The notes beneath the pieces were generated by a model. It saw only the letters and a list, made by a program, of their open reading frames with translations, was not told where the DNA came from and made no database searches. The position numbers and the translations under genes are program-made. Positions 40,859 to 53,685 of a DNA stretch of 64,000 bases are shown in pieces (positions within the stretch are counted from its first letter, which is position 1; each line of letters starts with the position of its first letter). This DNA is from Octopus sinensis (taxonomy: Eukaryota): assembly GCF_006345805.1 (NCBI RefSeq), contig NC_043002.1:49910001-49974000 (forward strand). The letters run 5' to 3'.

Positions 40859-41389
40859 TGCTGTTAGTCTGAGGTCAACCCTGATTGAGAAGACATTCCA
40901 GCTGTCATCACCCAATCTTCTGTTGTAGACGTATTGTGCGCGCACACATGTATGGAGGGATGTATACATACAAGAAATTCGAGAAGTATTCATAAAAAAA
41001 AAAATGAAATGAAAGAAAGGTGGGTATACAATAAAAACGGATTATGAAAAAGAGAGAATGAGTTAAGCAAACAGAATAGAAGAGAATGGGAGCAGAGAGG
41101 GGCAGGACAGAAAATGAAAAGACATTTTTACGTTGACGAGGAAAGAATTGTGTATGCGCGTGAAAGTGAAGGAATTTGACAAGTTGTAATAAATATATAT
41201 GATCAGAAAAAGAGAGTGAGACAGTATAGTGAGAGAGACAATAAGGTCAGAGAGATGAAAATGAGAGAATGGTGTATGGAAAGAGTAACAGTGACAGAAG
41301 ACGATCATATGGATGAAGAAGAGTGGGTGAGTGAAATAAGATTTATGTGAGAAAAATAAGAGAGATAGAGAGGGAAAGCGAGGAGAGTT

Positions 41390-42000
41390 TGTGATAGTGA
41401 CAGGAGGTGACTGACAGCAAACGATCAGCTATTGAGAAAAGAAATTGTGAGTGAGAGAATGAATGAGCCAAAGAAGACACGTGAGTGAGGGAGAAAAAAG
41501 AGAGACAGAATCAATCAAAGAGAGAGACGGAGGAAGTGAGAGTGAGATTGAGAAGAGTAAAAAGTAACAGTGACAGGAGTTGACTGACAGCAAACGATCA
41601 GCAGCTAAGAGAAAGACAGCTTGAGTGAGTGAAGGAGCGAAGCCAGGCAATATGAGTGAGGGAGAAAAGAAGAAAGACAGAATAAGTTAGTGAAGAGAAA
41701 AGAAAGGAGGGTGAGTGACTGTAAGATTGAGAGAGGTGCAACGTAATAGTGATAGGAAATGACTGACAGCAGACGATCAGCACATGGAGGAAAAGAAAGA
41801 CACTGAAGGAGTGAGTGAGCGAATGGGTGAAGTAAGATATATACATGTGAGAGGGCGAAAGAACAGAGGAGGACAGGAGAGAGAGAACTAGATAGAAACA
41901 TGTGTGTGTCAAGGGGAAAAGCAGAAAGTTAGTGACAGAATGACAGCAGACGATAAGCAGTTGAGAGAAAGGAATAGAGAGTGAGTGAGTGAGTGTGTGA
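41390..42000. repeat. Old diverged tandem repeat, ~173-179 bp period, with conserved TGACTGACAGCARACGATCAGC core
   Basis: Core at 41408, 41581, 41760 and (partial) 41941. Confidence 0.75.
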
Positions 42001-43266
42001 GTGAAGGTTGTCATGGAAGATGATGGACAGCCGTTGAATTGGAGTGATTGTATATATTAAAATGATTGTTACAAGGGATGGCGATCATACATACACACGC
42101 GCGCACATCTAATAAGAGGAAGAGAGGAATGGAAGAATACAGTAAGAAAGAAGGAAGGAAGGAAAAGAGAAAAGGAATGACACGAGATGAATTAGTCGTT
42201 GATGTCGAACGGATTAAGATAGACAAACTGTACATAGAGGGTTGGCTGAGAGTAGTAAGAATTAGAAAAGAGAGGGATCAAGAGGGAAAGGAATGTGGAG
42301 ATAGAGTAAAAATGATACGAGCGTGGTGGGACAGGGAAAGAAGGAGAGGGAAGTGAGAAAAAGCATAGAAAAACATGGGGATTGATACGAGACAGAATAG
42401 ACTTGACATGAGATTAGATAAGAAGATAGGAAGAATAGAGGGGTGACAAGAGATGGACAGTTATATGTTAGAAATACAAGAGATGGGTTAGATAGAGAGA
42501 AACATGAGAATGTGCCAGTGGTTGACAAAGACTTATAGTAAGAGAAATAGAGAGGAAAAGAGGATATGAGAGAGAGAGAGAGAGTAAGAGGAGAACAAGT
42601 GTAAATGAGATAGAAGAGATTGATGGGAGATTGGCAACAGTGGAAGCCGATAGAGATGGAGAGGGTGTATGTGTAAGTAAGGGACAAGAATGAGGGATTA
42701 TATGTGTGTATATATGTATGTATGTATGTATATATATATATTTATTTATGTGTATGTAAGATGAGAGTGTGTGTTAAAAGAAAGAATGAGATATATGTAA
42801 TGTTGCAAAATAGAAAGGAAAAGAGAAGACAGACGAAAGGAGTCAACGAGAGAGATTGGAAGAAGAGGAACTATAGTTGTGCGTAGAGGGAGAGAGAGAG
42901 AGAGAGAGAGAGTAGAGAGAAGGAAGAGAAGAGAAAGGATAGGAGGTGCACAAGGGTGAGTGAGGAAGAGGAAAGAAGAAAAAGTACCTGTCAGAAAATG
43001 ACTGATAGCAGGCGATCAGCAGTGGATGAGTGTGTTTATATTTTATGACATACATACAACACACAAAATGCATACACACATATAAACATAGATATACATA
43101 CCAATACACACACTCACATATATGTATAAACGGATAATACATGCATACGGATATACATTGAAATATAGTTACCTAGCGATACATACACACACGTGTGTAT
43201 GTATATATATATATATATATATGCTTTATTTAAAAGCAGTATATTACTCTACCCCTGGTATTTGAG

Positions 43267-43362
43267 TACTCTTTTTCCCACCTTGTTTCACATTTGTGTA
43301 AACTCCGGTATATAATATATACCGGAGTTTACACAAATGTGAACAAGGTGGGAAAAAGAGTA
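43267..43362. repeat. Near-perfect ~47-bp-arm palindrome/hairpin
   Basis: TACTCTTTTTCCCACCTTGTTTCACATTTGTGTAAACTCCGGTATAT is followed after 3 nt by its reverse complement, with one 1-nt indel. Confidence 0.95.
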
Positions 43363-43389
43363 TATAATATATATATATATATATATATA

Positions 43390-43442
<53 letters not shown>

Positions 43443-43602
43443 GGTAAACTCTAGGGAAAGAAGATAACCTAAGAACATAGTAAAGAGAACAAGAGAACGG
43501 TGTTAGGACATGGAGAGTGAAAAGAGAGAAAGATTACGAGAGACATAGAAAGACTGACGGAAAATGAAAAGTGGACAGATATATATATACACGCACATAT
43601 GT

Positions 43603-43643
<41 letters not shown>

Positions 43644-44419
43644 GTCAGCAGATAGCGACAATGACTGACAAGAGATGGACAGTAGTCGATGAAGAGGAGA
43701 AAGAGATGGGTGAAGAAATACAGCGCCATAGGACAGCAGAAAATGATATAACACTGACTGACAAGAATGACTAGTTAGTGCCAAGAAAGGAGTGAAAGAA
43801 CAGATGACAGCATGGCAAGGATAATACGAAAGAGAAGAAGACAGACAAGCAGAGACAGGGGAAAGAGAGAGAGAGAGATAGAAAGAGAGAAAGGTAGAAG
43901 GGAGAAAGAAAATGAGAGAGAGAGAGTTAAAGGAGGATAGCGACATAAGATGACTGACAAGATATGGACAGACAACAGTTGATGGGGAAATTGCTTATAG
44001 CCCTGTTGATGAAGAAAGTGGTAAAACTGAAATGGAGAAAAAATAGTGAGGGAAGGAAGCAGTATGCATAAAGGAATAATGTATAAAGGTTGAGAGGGAA
44101 TGGAACAATAATAGATAGGTAAATGGTTGGATAGGAGAAACGACCGAACGGACAAACAAACAAACATATATACATACATAGATGTGTGCGTGTGTGTGTT
44201 TGTGATATCATGGAAGGATAGATCAACGGATAGGAATAATGGATGAAAGGATAGATAAACGGATGGCTATAAAGGATAATGGATAGATTGATAGGTAGGA
44301 TAAAATCGATAGAGACAACGGACACATAAAAACCTATGTAGATTGATAGGAAACAGATAGCTAGATAGACATTGAGAAAAAAACAACAGATAGCTAGACA
44401 GACAGATAGGTAGAAGCAC

Positions 44420-44464
<45 letters not shown>

Positions 44465-44468
<4 letters not shown>

Positions 44469-44840
44469 TAGATAGATAGATAGAAGCACGGATAGAGATA
44501 AATAGAAAGAGGCACGAACACAGGGATATATGGATAGACAGATAGATAGATAGATATATAGATGGATAGAGAGATAGATAGACAGATAGATATAGAGATG
44601 GATAGATAGACAGATAGATATAGAGATGGATAGATAGACAGACAGATAGATATAGAGATGGATAGATAGACAGATAGATAGATATAGAGATGGATAGATA
44701 GACAGATAGATAGATATAGAGATGGATAGATAGACAGATAGATAGATATAGAGCTGGATAGATAGATAGATAGATAGATATATAGATGGATAGATAGATA
44801 GATGGATGGATAGATAGATGGATGGATAGATAGATAAAGA
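44465..44840. repeat. GATA-derived minisatellite (~28-36 bp units GATAGATATAGAGATGGATAGATAGACA)
   Basis: Directly visible higher-order repeat. Confidence 0.85.
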
Positions 44841-45666
44841 ATGGAAAGGCAGACCTAGATTGACATGTAATAAATAAGCAAACAAAGCAGATAGATAGAT
44901 TGATAGTGAAAAATGAAAGGAAGGACGGAAAGATATTGTGAGAGACGAACAGCAGCTATAGTGGCAAAGACAGGCTTGATTAAGACAAACAGACAGACTG
45001 GAAAGAGTGACAGAGCTTGAGTGACAAGATATCGATAGTCATATACACACGTAAACAAGTGAAAGAGTGAGAGAGCCAGGGTTTAAAATAAATATCTGGA
45101 GTGAGTGAGAGAGAGATACAGTGAACCAGATATTGCAAAAACGGTGAAGGAGTTGACAGGAATATGGACAGCAGTGGAACGAAGTGGTTACTTTGGGTGT
45201 GTGTGTGGTGTGTGTGTGTGTATAAGCAAGAGAAAGAGAGGGACGAAAAAGAAATTGGTGACAAAAATAGACGTATTAAGAGGTGAGAAATTAAAAAGAG
45301 AGGGAAGATGATTGTGAGGAAGACATTAAATAAATAAATTGTATGTATAATTTAATGAAAGAGACAGAGAGAGGGAATGTCTGTGTGCGTATGTTAGTGA
45401 GAGGGAAATAAAAAGGAAAATGTGAGAGAAGGGAAAGAAAAAAAAAAAGGAAGGAAGAAGGGTTTAGTTTATGTATTTAGAACAACAACGATACCATCAT
45501 CATCATCACTCCACCACCATCACCACAACAAACAAACCAGCAGAGGAACCTCTCTACACAGTGGAAGGGTAGACCAGCTAGAAACAGTAGCCAGATCTCT
45601 CCGAAACCACGTCACGACCGTCTCAGAAACGATTACATTGGATAATGAAGTCTGGGATACACTTAC

Positions 45667-45672
45667 CCTGGA
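45667..45672 (-). CDS. Candidate 6-nt microexon (TCCAGG) of the minus-strand zinc-finger gene
   Basis: Minus strand ccatttcgtcctttttttatatatacttattgtttcag|TCCAGG|gtaagtgt. Frame-preserving; joined to exon 1 it gives ...KRLK-F-Q-(G/E/D/A/V). Confidence 0.35.
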
Positions 45673-46866
45673 CTGAAACAATAAGTATATATAAAAAAAG
45701 GACGAAATGGATTTTGAGGAAACGATTTTGACGATTGAGGTCTGCTCAGCAACCGCAATGACAATACCGAACCAACGAAGGAAAAGCAACGTGTCCGGTC
45801 GACGAACAAGAAACACGAAGCCAAAAATCTACCCCTAAATTTACTCTATAAAGTCTTTACTTTCTTTCCCTTTTTTATTTTAAGACAAGACCTTATTGAA
45901 TAATCAGTGCACCGTCTGATATACTATCAGGAATTTAAAACAGGCGGGCTGGTCGTGGGTGGAATATTTTCGATCACGCGGCCTACCTGCTCCATCAGCG
46001 TTTACACCGGAGCTAAAAGAACAGCACCACCACCACCATCGATAACAATAATAATGTACCCCACCAGCATATTCACCAATACCATCAAACATCGGAATGG
46101 CGAAGTCACCACCCATCAGTCAGCATGGTAATGGCAGAATCAGGAAGGGGGGGTGATGTAAAGATAATAATAATAATAATAAGTACTATGAAACAGCGGT
46201 GAGTTGGTTGGTGATAATGTGTGTACACGAGGTACATAAGGCTTTGGACACGTTAATTCACAGATCTTACGCAGCAAACATATTTCGTGGTGGCCTCAGC
46301 GTGTGAATGAGTGAGTGTGTGATTTGACTTATGTGGAAAACGAGACGGGCGTACTCAATGACAGATTACAGATACTCTAATACAAAATACTAATACCCCA
46401 AACACCAGGTTCTTTTTTTTCTGCCAAAACCTGGCAACAAAACAGCAAAACCGCCGCCTCTGATTAAGAGCAGAGTTATTTATCTGTTTATTGTATATTA
46501 AATAACAACATACACAAACATAATATACACACACGTGCGTGTACATAACAGACACATACACTCATATCAATCCTCAGTTAACGTCCGTTTTCCAAGCTAG
46601 CATATTATGTTATGTATTCTCTGAGATTCGGGGACAGGAAACTGAGGTAGATAAACAAACAGAGGAGATAGAATAATAAGTTCAAATCAGATACCAATTC
46701 TACTCTGCCGTACTCTTTTGACTACTTTTTCGAGAAATTGCATACACAACCGTGTGCCCAATTACTACAAACACAGACTAACAAACGAAAGAAAAGTACT
46801 CACATGTACTTTGGTGGGTAAACGTTTGTAAAATGCACACTTCCATGCTTTTATACGTACCCGTAT

Positions 46867-46909
<43 letters not shown>

Positions 46910-47649
46910 CACATATCTATATGCATATATATCGTTAATACAAACGAAAGGGAAATGGTACTCAATCCAAGAGAGGGAAGGGTGGGTTTTCAACACTTCT
47001 ACTCCGAGTTTCACATTATCAGAGTTAACAACTGTTGAAAAACCATTTTTCACAGTTGTATGTATGTATGTATATGGTGTGTGTGTGTTATGAAATTACA
47101 ATGCTATAAACACAAATGACTTTTAATTTAAATCCAGCGATTAGATCGCAGTCACACACACAGAGAATATATGTAGATACATACATAGTATGTACACACG
47201 CGAGTGCAGAGATAGATGTCTGTATATATATACACACAACACAAGCACACATGCATATGTGTCATTCACCTCTTCAACCAATTAATATAATTAAATATAT
47301 GTAGATTATTTGATGCCCATGTTATGGTAGACACACACAATGACAAGTGTTAAGATTATAAATATATAGATGGATAGATAGACAGACAGACAGATAGATA
47401 GATATACAAACGTCGTTTATGTCCATTGTACGCTTGGTCGGTAAATAAATAAATAAAAATATATAATAATTATTATTGTTATTGCTGCTATCGTTTTTCA
47501 TATTAAGAATTTATGAGAATTGAGTAAGGGTGGAGGATGTTTCATTCCTGATTTTAAGTTTGGACGGTTTGAAAATTGATTTTTCCACAGATTATATATC
47601 TACAGCAACAATTACCAAACAAAATGCAACAGCGATCTTAGTGTGTGTG

Positions 47650-47701
<52 letters not shown>

Positions 47702-47925
47702 CGTATGCAGTTTAGCCCATGGTCAACAAAATCTAAACAGTAATGTTCCGGCCATGGCCATCTCATCTTTATCTTGGATTCTGTATCTATGGACTGTATT
47801 TTCCAATGTGTTGTTCTCTCTTTTTCAACACGACAGGGTGTAATTTGAGGGACTTTTTGGCAGCTATTTCTCGAAACTCGCGCCTTTAGATAGAGGCTCC
47901 TAATAAAGTGTAGCGCGTTAGCATG

Positions 47926-47976
<51 letters not shown>

Positions 47977-48413
47977 TCCTAGTATTTGCACGTCCGCGTG
48001 CATGTACACAATGTTATATGTGCATGTTTGTGTGTAAACGCGTACAGGTTATATCTACACCAGAACAGCAAAACGTGGGTGTTTACGTTAAGCTTGTTTA
48101 GCCCCATTTGAAAACAGATCGAGCAAGAACTACGGTTAAAGGCATTCCAGTCGTGACCTTCACGGCTCTTTAGGGCTGTCAGGGACTTTCGGGACAACAT
48201 TATCTGATCTGTCCAGATATGTCCAGCCTGTCGAGAAGGGTACACTTTCAGACCTGCTTCGTTGGCTCGCAAAGCTGGCTTAACGTGGATCAAATAGTGA
48301 AGTCAACGAATGTGTGTGTGTGTTATATATATATATACAGTTATACGTACGTATACTTATTATACACACATATATACATACATGCACACACACACACACA
48401 TATATATATATAT

Positions 48414-48453
<40 letters not shown>

Positions 48454-50545
48454 TTTATATATATATGTTTGGCATCCCGCTATCACAAAATATATACTCT
48501 ACGTAATAGTTGTACGAATCCATTTTTGAATTATAGGCTTCTACCCAGATCAAAACTGGGTATATATATATTTATATGTAACTGGTATTTATTTGTAAGC
48601 GTGCACGAGGGAGGAGAGAGAGAGAGAGAGAAAAGTGAGAAGGGTGGATATACAAGTGCGAGAATGGCCGTGAAAGGCCTGGTTATAAAGGGACTGCTTA
48701 TGATGGTGGTTTTTAAAGCGAGAGAAGCTTGCTGCCAACAGTGACGCTTCTTTGAGTGACAGCGACGCGCACACACGCACTCCACAAGACAAGCAGGCGG
48801 AAGAATGGACCTAGAAGGTCTTTGCCTGCTGTAATACACACACACACATACAGACGAACCATTCTTTCTCTCTCAGATTGTGTAAGAGCTGACAACCAAA
48901 GAGTAATCGATCAAGATGGGCAGACAGACAGACTGACTGACTGATAGACGGACGGGCATGCAGAAAAAAAAAAAAATAGACGATGTATCAATAGGAAAGA
49001 GAGATAGAGAGAGAGAGACAGACAGAAAAAGATAAGACAGAGAAAGACAAATAGAGTTAGATAGGTATATTCCGAGATATTGATAAACAGCAAAATAAAT
49101 AAGTGGTTTTGACAGATATATAAAATTAATAGACAAACAGTGCATAACGAAAATTAGAGATCACCCTTATCTCTCTCCGTCAGTCGTGTGTGAGTGTGTG
49201 TGTATGCGAAGAACACCTATAAATATGCATATATACACATGGTATACGATGCAGATATACTTGTGTGCTTGTAGATACACCTGTATGGATGTATGTACGT
49301 GTATTATATATATATATATATATAATATATTTATATATATATATGAGAGAAATAGATAGACCGATGAGATACAGTTTATGCATATAAACAAAACGAAGTG
49401 TATGTATACAGATAGATAGATAGAGAGAAGGCAGAGATATGATGCAGAGATATGATACATATCTATGCATGTATAATGTTTATGCATACGTACAAACAAA
49501 TATATATATATATATATATATACACATGAAGTGTAATATATACATAATGAGTGTACATAGCACAGCAATGTAAGATAGATAAAAATCAAGGGAAACATAA
49601 TAAATAGCTAAATAGCTAGCTAGCTATCTTAGTTAGGAATGTAATACATTGACAGACAGACAGACAGATAAGATGTGTACGTGTGTTTGTTGAATAAAGG
49701 AAATGTAGATAGATTAGAAATGAATGATGGATGGATGTCAGCAGTATGCTATACACAGGTAAGGGGTTAAGAAGACGGACTATAATGTGTGTGTGTGTGT
49801 GCAAGAGAATAAAGGAGTAAAATGGTTTATTGGTCGTTTTGTCGTACAAGCAAAGGTATTCCAACCACGACAAACCTGCCTCTTTTTCTTAACGAACATT
49901 ACCATCTCAACGGCTATCTCGTATCACCTAATGCGTGTATACATCCTTGTATATAAAGGTGGGGGTGTGTGTGTGAATTAGGGGGTAATTTAACTGCCAT
50001 TTTTAACATGTTGAGCGATCACGTAGAGAAACAACAACAAAAAAAAGGTTCACGTTGACTATTTATTGGTGGTTGTTGCTGTTATAAAGGGCCGGAGAAG
50101 CAGATAGGAATCACACACACACACACACAGATGAACACATTGTTAAAGTCTGTAAACTGAAGAAGAAATTTCGAGGTGTTAGTGTAATCTGAAGGATAAT
50201 GCAATACAAAAACAAATTCTAATGACAACGATGATGATGCTAATGCTGACGGTATGTAGAAGGGTGTCGAAAAGCATCGAAGTATTGGCGCGAGCGTGGA
50301 TGTTATATGTGAATATGATGTCAGCGAAAAAATAACATTTCAACCACTCAGTACATACCCATATTATCCATCCATCAACACATACATACATAAATCCGTT
50401 CACACATACGTCGTGTGCGAGTGTGTGTATTTAGGATTTGCAACGGATTACATGTGTGAGAATTTGGAAATCAAAGACATACGGTGAAACAAGCAATTTG
50501 TTTCACTTAAATGCAACACACGAGCACACTGCTCTTATATGTGTT

Positions 50546-50587
<42 letters not shown>

Positions 50588-52591
50588 CACACATATATAT
50601 TTATATACACACACATGTATGTGTGCGGGTATGGTTTGAGATTTTAGATGTGATAGCCAAAACAAACTAAAATAAAAAACCCGGAAAACTAAGGAGCATA
50701 TTATCTAGCTTGTCGTGTATTCCTGTATACACACACAAGTATCCTATGTCTCCAAAGTGAAAAGAAAATGATAAATAAGGGTGCGTGTATTACAGCACAG
50801 CAATTCGAATAATGGTACAGGGTGGACATGTCAGTTTAACTGTCAGACAGACACACACGCATAGACATCTATCTATCTTTCTATCTATCTATATATATAT
50901 ATATATATATGTGTGTATGATACACACACACACACACTTACACACTGTTATTACTACTACTGCCACAGCAGTCAGCCAGCAAGTGCGTGTTTAAGAATCT
51001 TCAGTCATTCCATCACCACCACCCGCCAACAACAAATAATCATGCCAGATCACACACACACTCACTGGGAGCAGAAACAAATAAGTAAATAAACAAACAA
51101 CAATGCCTGTCAGATACACACACACATAGAAACAATAAACCGCAGAAGTGTAGAAGAAAATAAAAAGCACAAATACAAACTTCAATTTCTCTCTCTCTCT
51201 CATACACACACACACACACATGTATATAGATAGATAGATAGATAGACAGCGAGCTTATAAGGACAGCGGAAATGATAATACCCACGACCAAACATTTTAG
51301 AACAAAAATACCCACAAATTTCATCACATGCCTAACATCGTCATCGCATCACTACCCGCCAAGATAATTTCGAAAAAAGCAAACAAAATTCAGTAAAATA
51401 CAAAGCAAAAAAACTCAAAGAAAGAAAAAAAAACATAAAAAAACAAGTACAAAAAAATGGTAAGAGATCTTTGATTCTGTTGACAGATCTGTTGGGTGTT
51501 AAGCAACAAGACGCAAGAATGTATATGAAGATGATATATAAAGGTAAATAAAAATAATAGACAACAAAGCTTCAAGGTGTAAAGGGAGACAGGGTGGTGC
51601 TAATGATGATGATAATGATGCTGGTAGTGGTGGAACCAAAGAACAAATTCCACGCCAACACCATCACGCTAAACCATGAAAATAAACATAAACCAACATA
51701 TGTATGCCTCTTAACCACACACACACAGAAAGAGGTGTGTGTGTGTGTGTTGTGTGAATGAAGCGCGATGGCAAATTCTTCATTTATATGTATGTGTATA
51801 ATAACGATATGACAGCAATATACACCCTTTCATTAAGTGTGTGTGTGTGTGTGTGTCTGGGGTGCACACCTACAGAAACAACCACAAGCTCACACCCTTA
51901 TAAATATTGGGTGGTTTCAGGGGTGGCTGTGTATGCATGCAAACTTAGTGACAGATAGCTTACACAATGTGTTACTATATACATATAGTTTGTGTACATG
52001 GGTGTATATATATATATATATATATATATAAGAAATACATGAATGTTGCATGACGTGAAATGGAACGGAGTGCACAAGAGAAAAAAAAAAGGCAATAAAA
52101 AAACGATAAAATGAGGATGGAAAGACCTCCACCCCCCCCCCCCCCCACAAACAAGAAACGGTAAAGATGCAAATATTCTAAAATATGAAAATGTTTTATT
52201 TGTTTGCTTGCTTGCTTTTTCTTTTCTTTTTTTTTCTACATCGGCATGTGTCACCCGCCAGAATTTACGTGGACGAGGGGCAACTTTGCTCGTGTGACAT
52301 TCATGCCTTTCCCAATAAATTATGAAAACAATTTGACGACAAACAACTAATAATAACAACCGCTAAAAAGGCAATTAAGAAACGAAGAGAAAAAAAAAAA
52401 GAAAACAGTAAAAATATAAATGAGGAATATGTAAAAAAAAAAAAATTAAAACCACAACACATACTATTACTTTATATTAATATTTTCTTTAATGTTTTCT
52501 AATAATATAATAAAAAGAATTCTCCGTTTATTAGCCACAAGGGCAAAATGAACACACGAACATTATGATGATATATGGTAAACGTACTTAC

Positions 52592-52631
52592 ATTTCAAAC
52601 GTTTAGGGCAGTTCTGTTTTCTTCTAGGCAT
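52592..52631 (-). CDS. First coding exon of a NuRD-motif C2H2 zinc-finger transcription factor, probably teashirt/tiptop (TSHZ) family; remainder outside window
   Basis: ACA-ATG CCT AGA AGA AAA CAG AAC TGC CCT AAA CGT TTG AAA T|gtaagt = MPRRKQNCPKRLK. It has the M(S/P)RRKQxxP motif, the 40-nt phase-1 first exon typical of TSHZ/ZFPM/ZNF521-type genes, a consensus donor, and lies ~500 nt from a CpG-rich promoter. Family assignment is less certain than the exon itself. Confidence 0.85.
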
Positions 52632-53176
52632 TGTCGACCAAAAAAAGTATATGAAACAACCGTCCAAAGCGATGTGAAGGAGGTCTATGGGTAATAATAA
52701 TTTTAAATGAACCGCATGTGTCTTACTGCTTCGCACTTTGTCTTTTTCTGTTTGCTTTTTTTTTTTTTTTCCTTTTTGTTAACGTTTAACCATTAACCAT
52801 TAAGCCGTCTCTATTCCCTCACCTTCTTTCATTCGGCCCTCTCTCGCTCTTTCTTTCTTTCTTCCCTCCTTCCTCCCACAGAAACGGAGAAGAAAAAAGA
52901 AGAGGAAGGAGAAGAAAGAGGAGGGGGAAAGAAAAAAAAACACAGCAACACAACCAAGACACACTCTCTCTCTCTCTCTCACACACACAAACAAACAAAC
53001 CTAACCTAACCACAGAAAAACCCGAACGAAATCTAAACCAAAACCAACCAACCAGCCGACTGACCGTAATCGCCGACCAAAAGCGAGCGACCGACCTTCC
53101 CGTTTCGCTCCGGCGACCCGGAAGTACATGGAGACGCTTCGCCTAGGTCAGGTCGTACTCGCGCGCGAGCGCCAAA
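52632..53176 (-). promoter_or_regulatory. 5' leader and promoter of the minus-strand gene
   Basis: CpG-rich 53040-53176 with ETS CCGGAAGT (53118-53125), palindrome CTCGCGCGCGAG (53158-53169) and E2F-like GCGCCAAA (53169-53176). Confidence 0.65.
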
Positions 53177-53582
53177 GAGGGAGACAGAGAGAGAGGGATA
53201 GAAATGTAACAGATAGAGAGGAGTAGCGGAGAGAGGAGAAACGATTAAGAGTACATATAGAGGGGTGGTGAAAGAAACAGTAAAGTGAAGGGGAGTTTAG
53301 ATAGATTAAAAAGAATGAGACGGAGAAAAGAGATTCGGAGAAATTATTAAAGAGGAGAAGGAAAGAAAGAGATTGCTTGAATATGAGAGGGGAAAAAGAA
53401 AAAGCAGAGTAATGAAAGAGAAGGAGAGAGAGAGAGAGATACTGAAAGTGTGAATGAATGAGTGAGAGAGGGAGAAAGGCTAAAAGAAGGACAGAGAAGT
53501 ATATACATAGAGAGAGAAAGGCTAAGTGAATGAGAGAGAAAAAGAAAGAAATAACGAAAGAACAGAACCAACGAAAGGTCGC

Positions 53583-53685
53583 TGCGCATGCGTGTCTCTT
53601 GTTTCTTATCGCACACATCCACAAATCTACTTCCGCCGATTTTTATGAGCTGGTTTTTCCCCCCAAGTTTTTAAAAAGAGTGAGT
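53583..53685 (+). promoter_or_regulatory. Divergent promoter and probable non-coding first exon of a plus-strand gene
   Basis: NRF1-type TGCGCATGCG (53583-53592), ETS-like ACTTCCG (53629-53635), donor AGA|GTGAGT at 53679/53680, then T-rich intron-like sequence. Confidence 0.5.

Noticed and set aside
45987-46012. 26-nt minus-strand exon candidate (ttcttttag|...GCAG|gtaggc)
   Set aside because: Frameshifting with an immediate stop. It could only be a poison exon, and nothing supports that.
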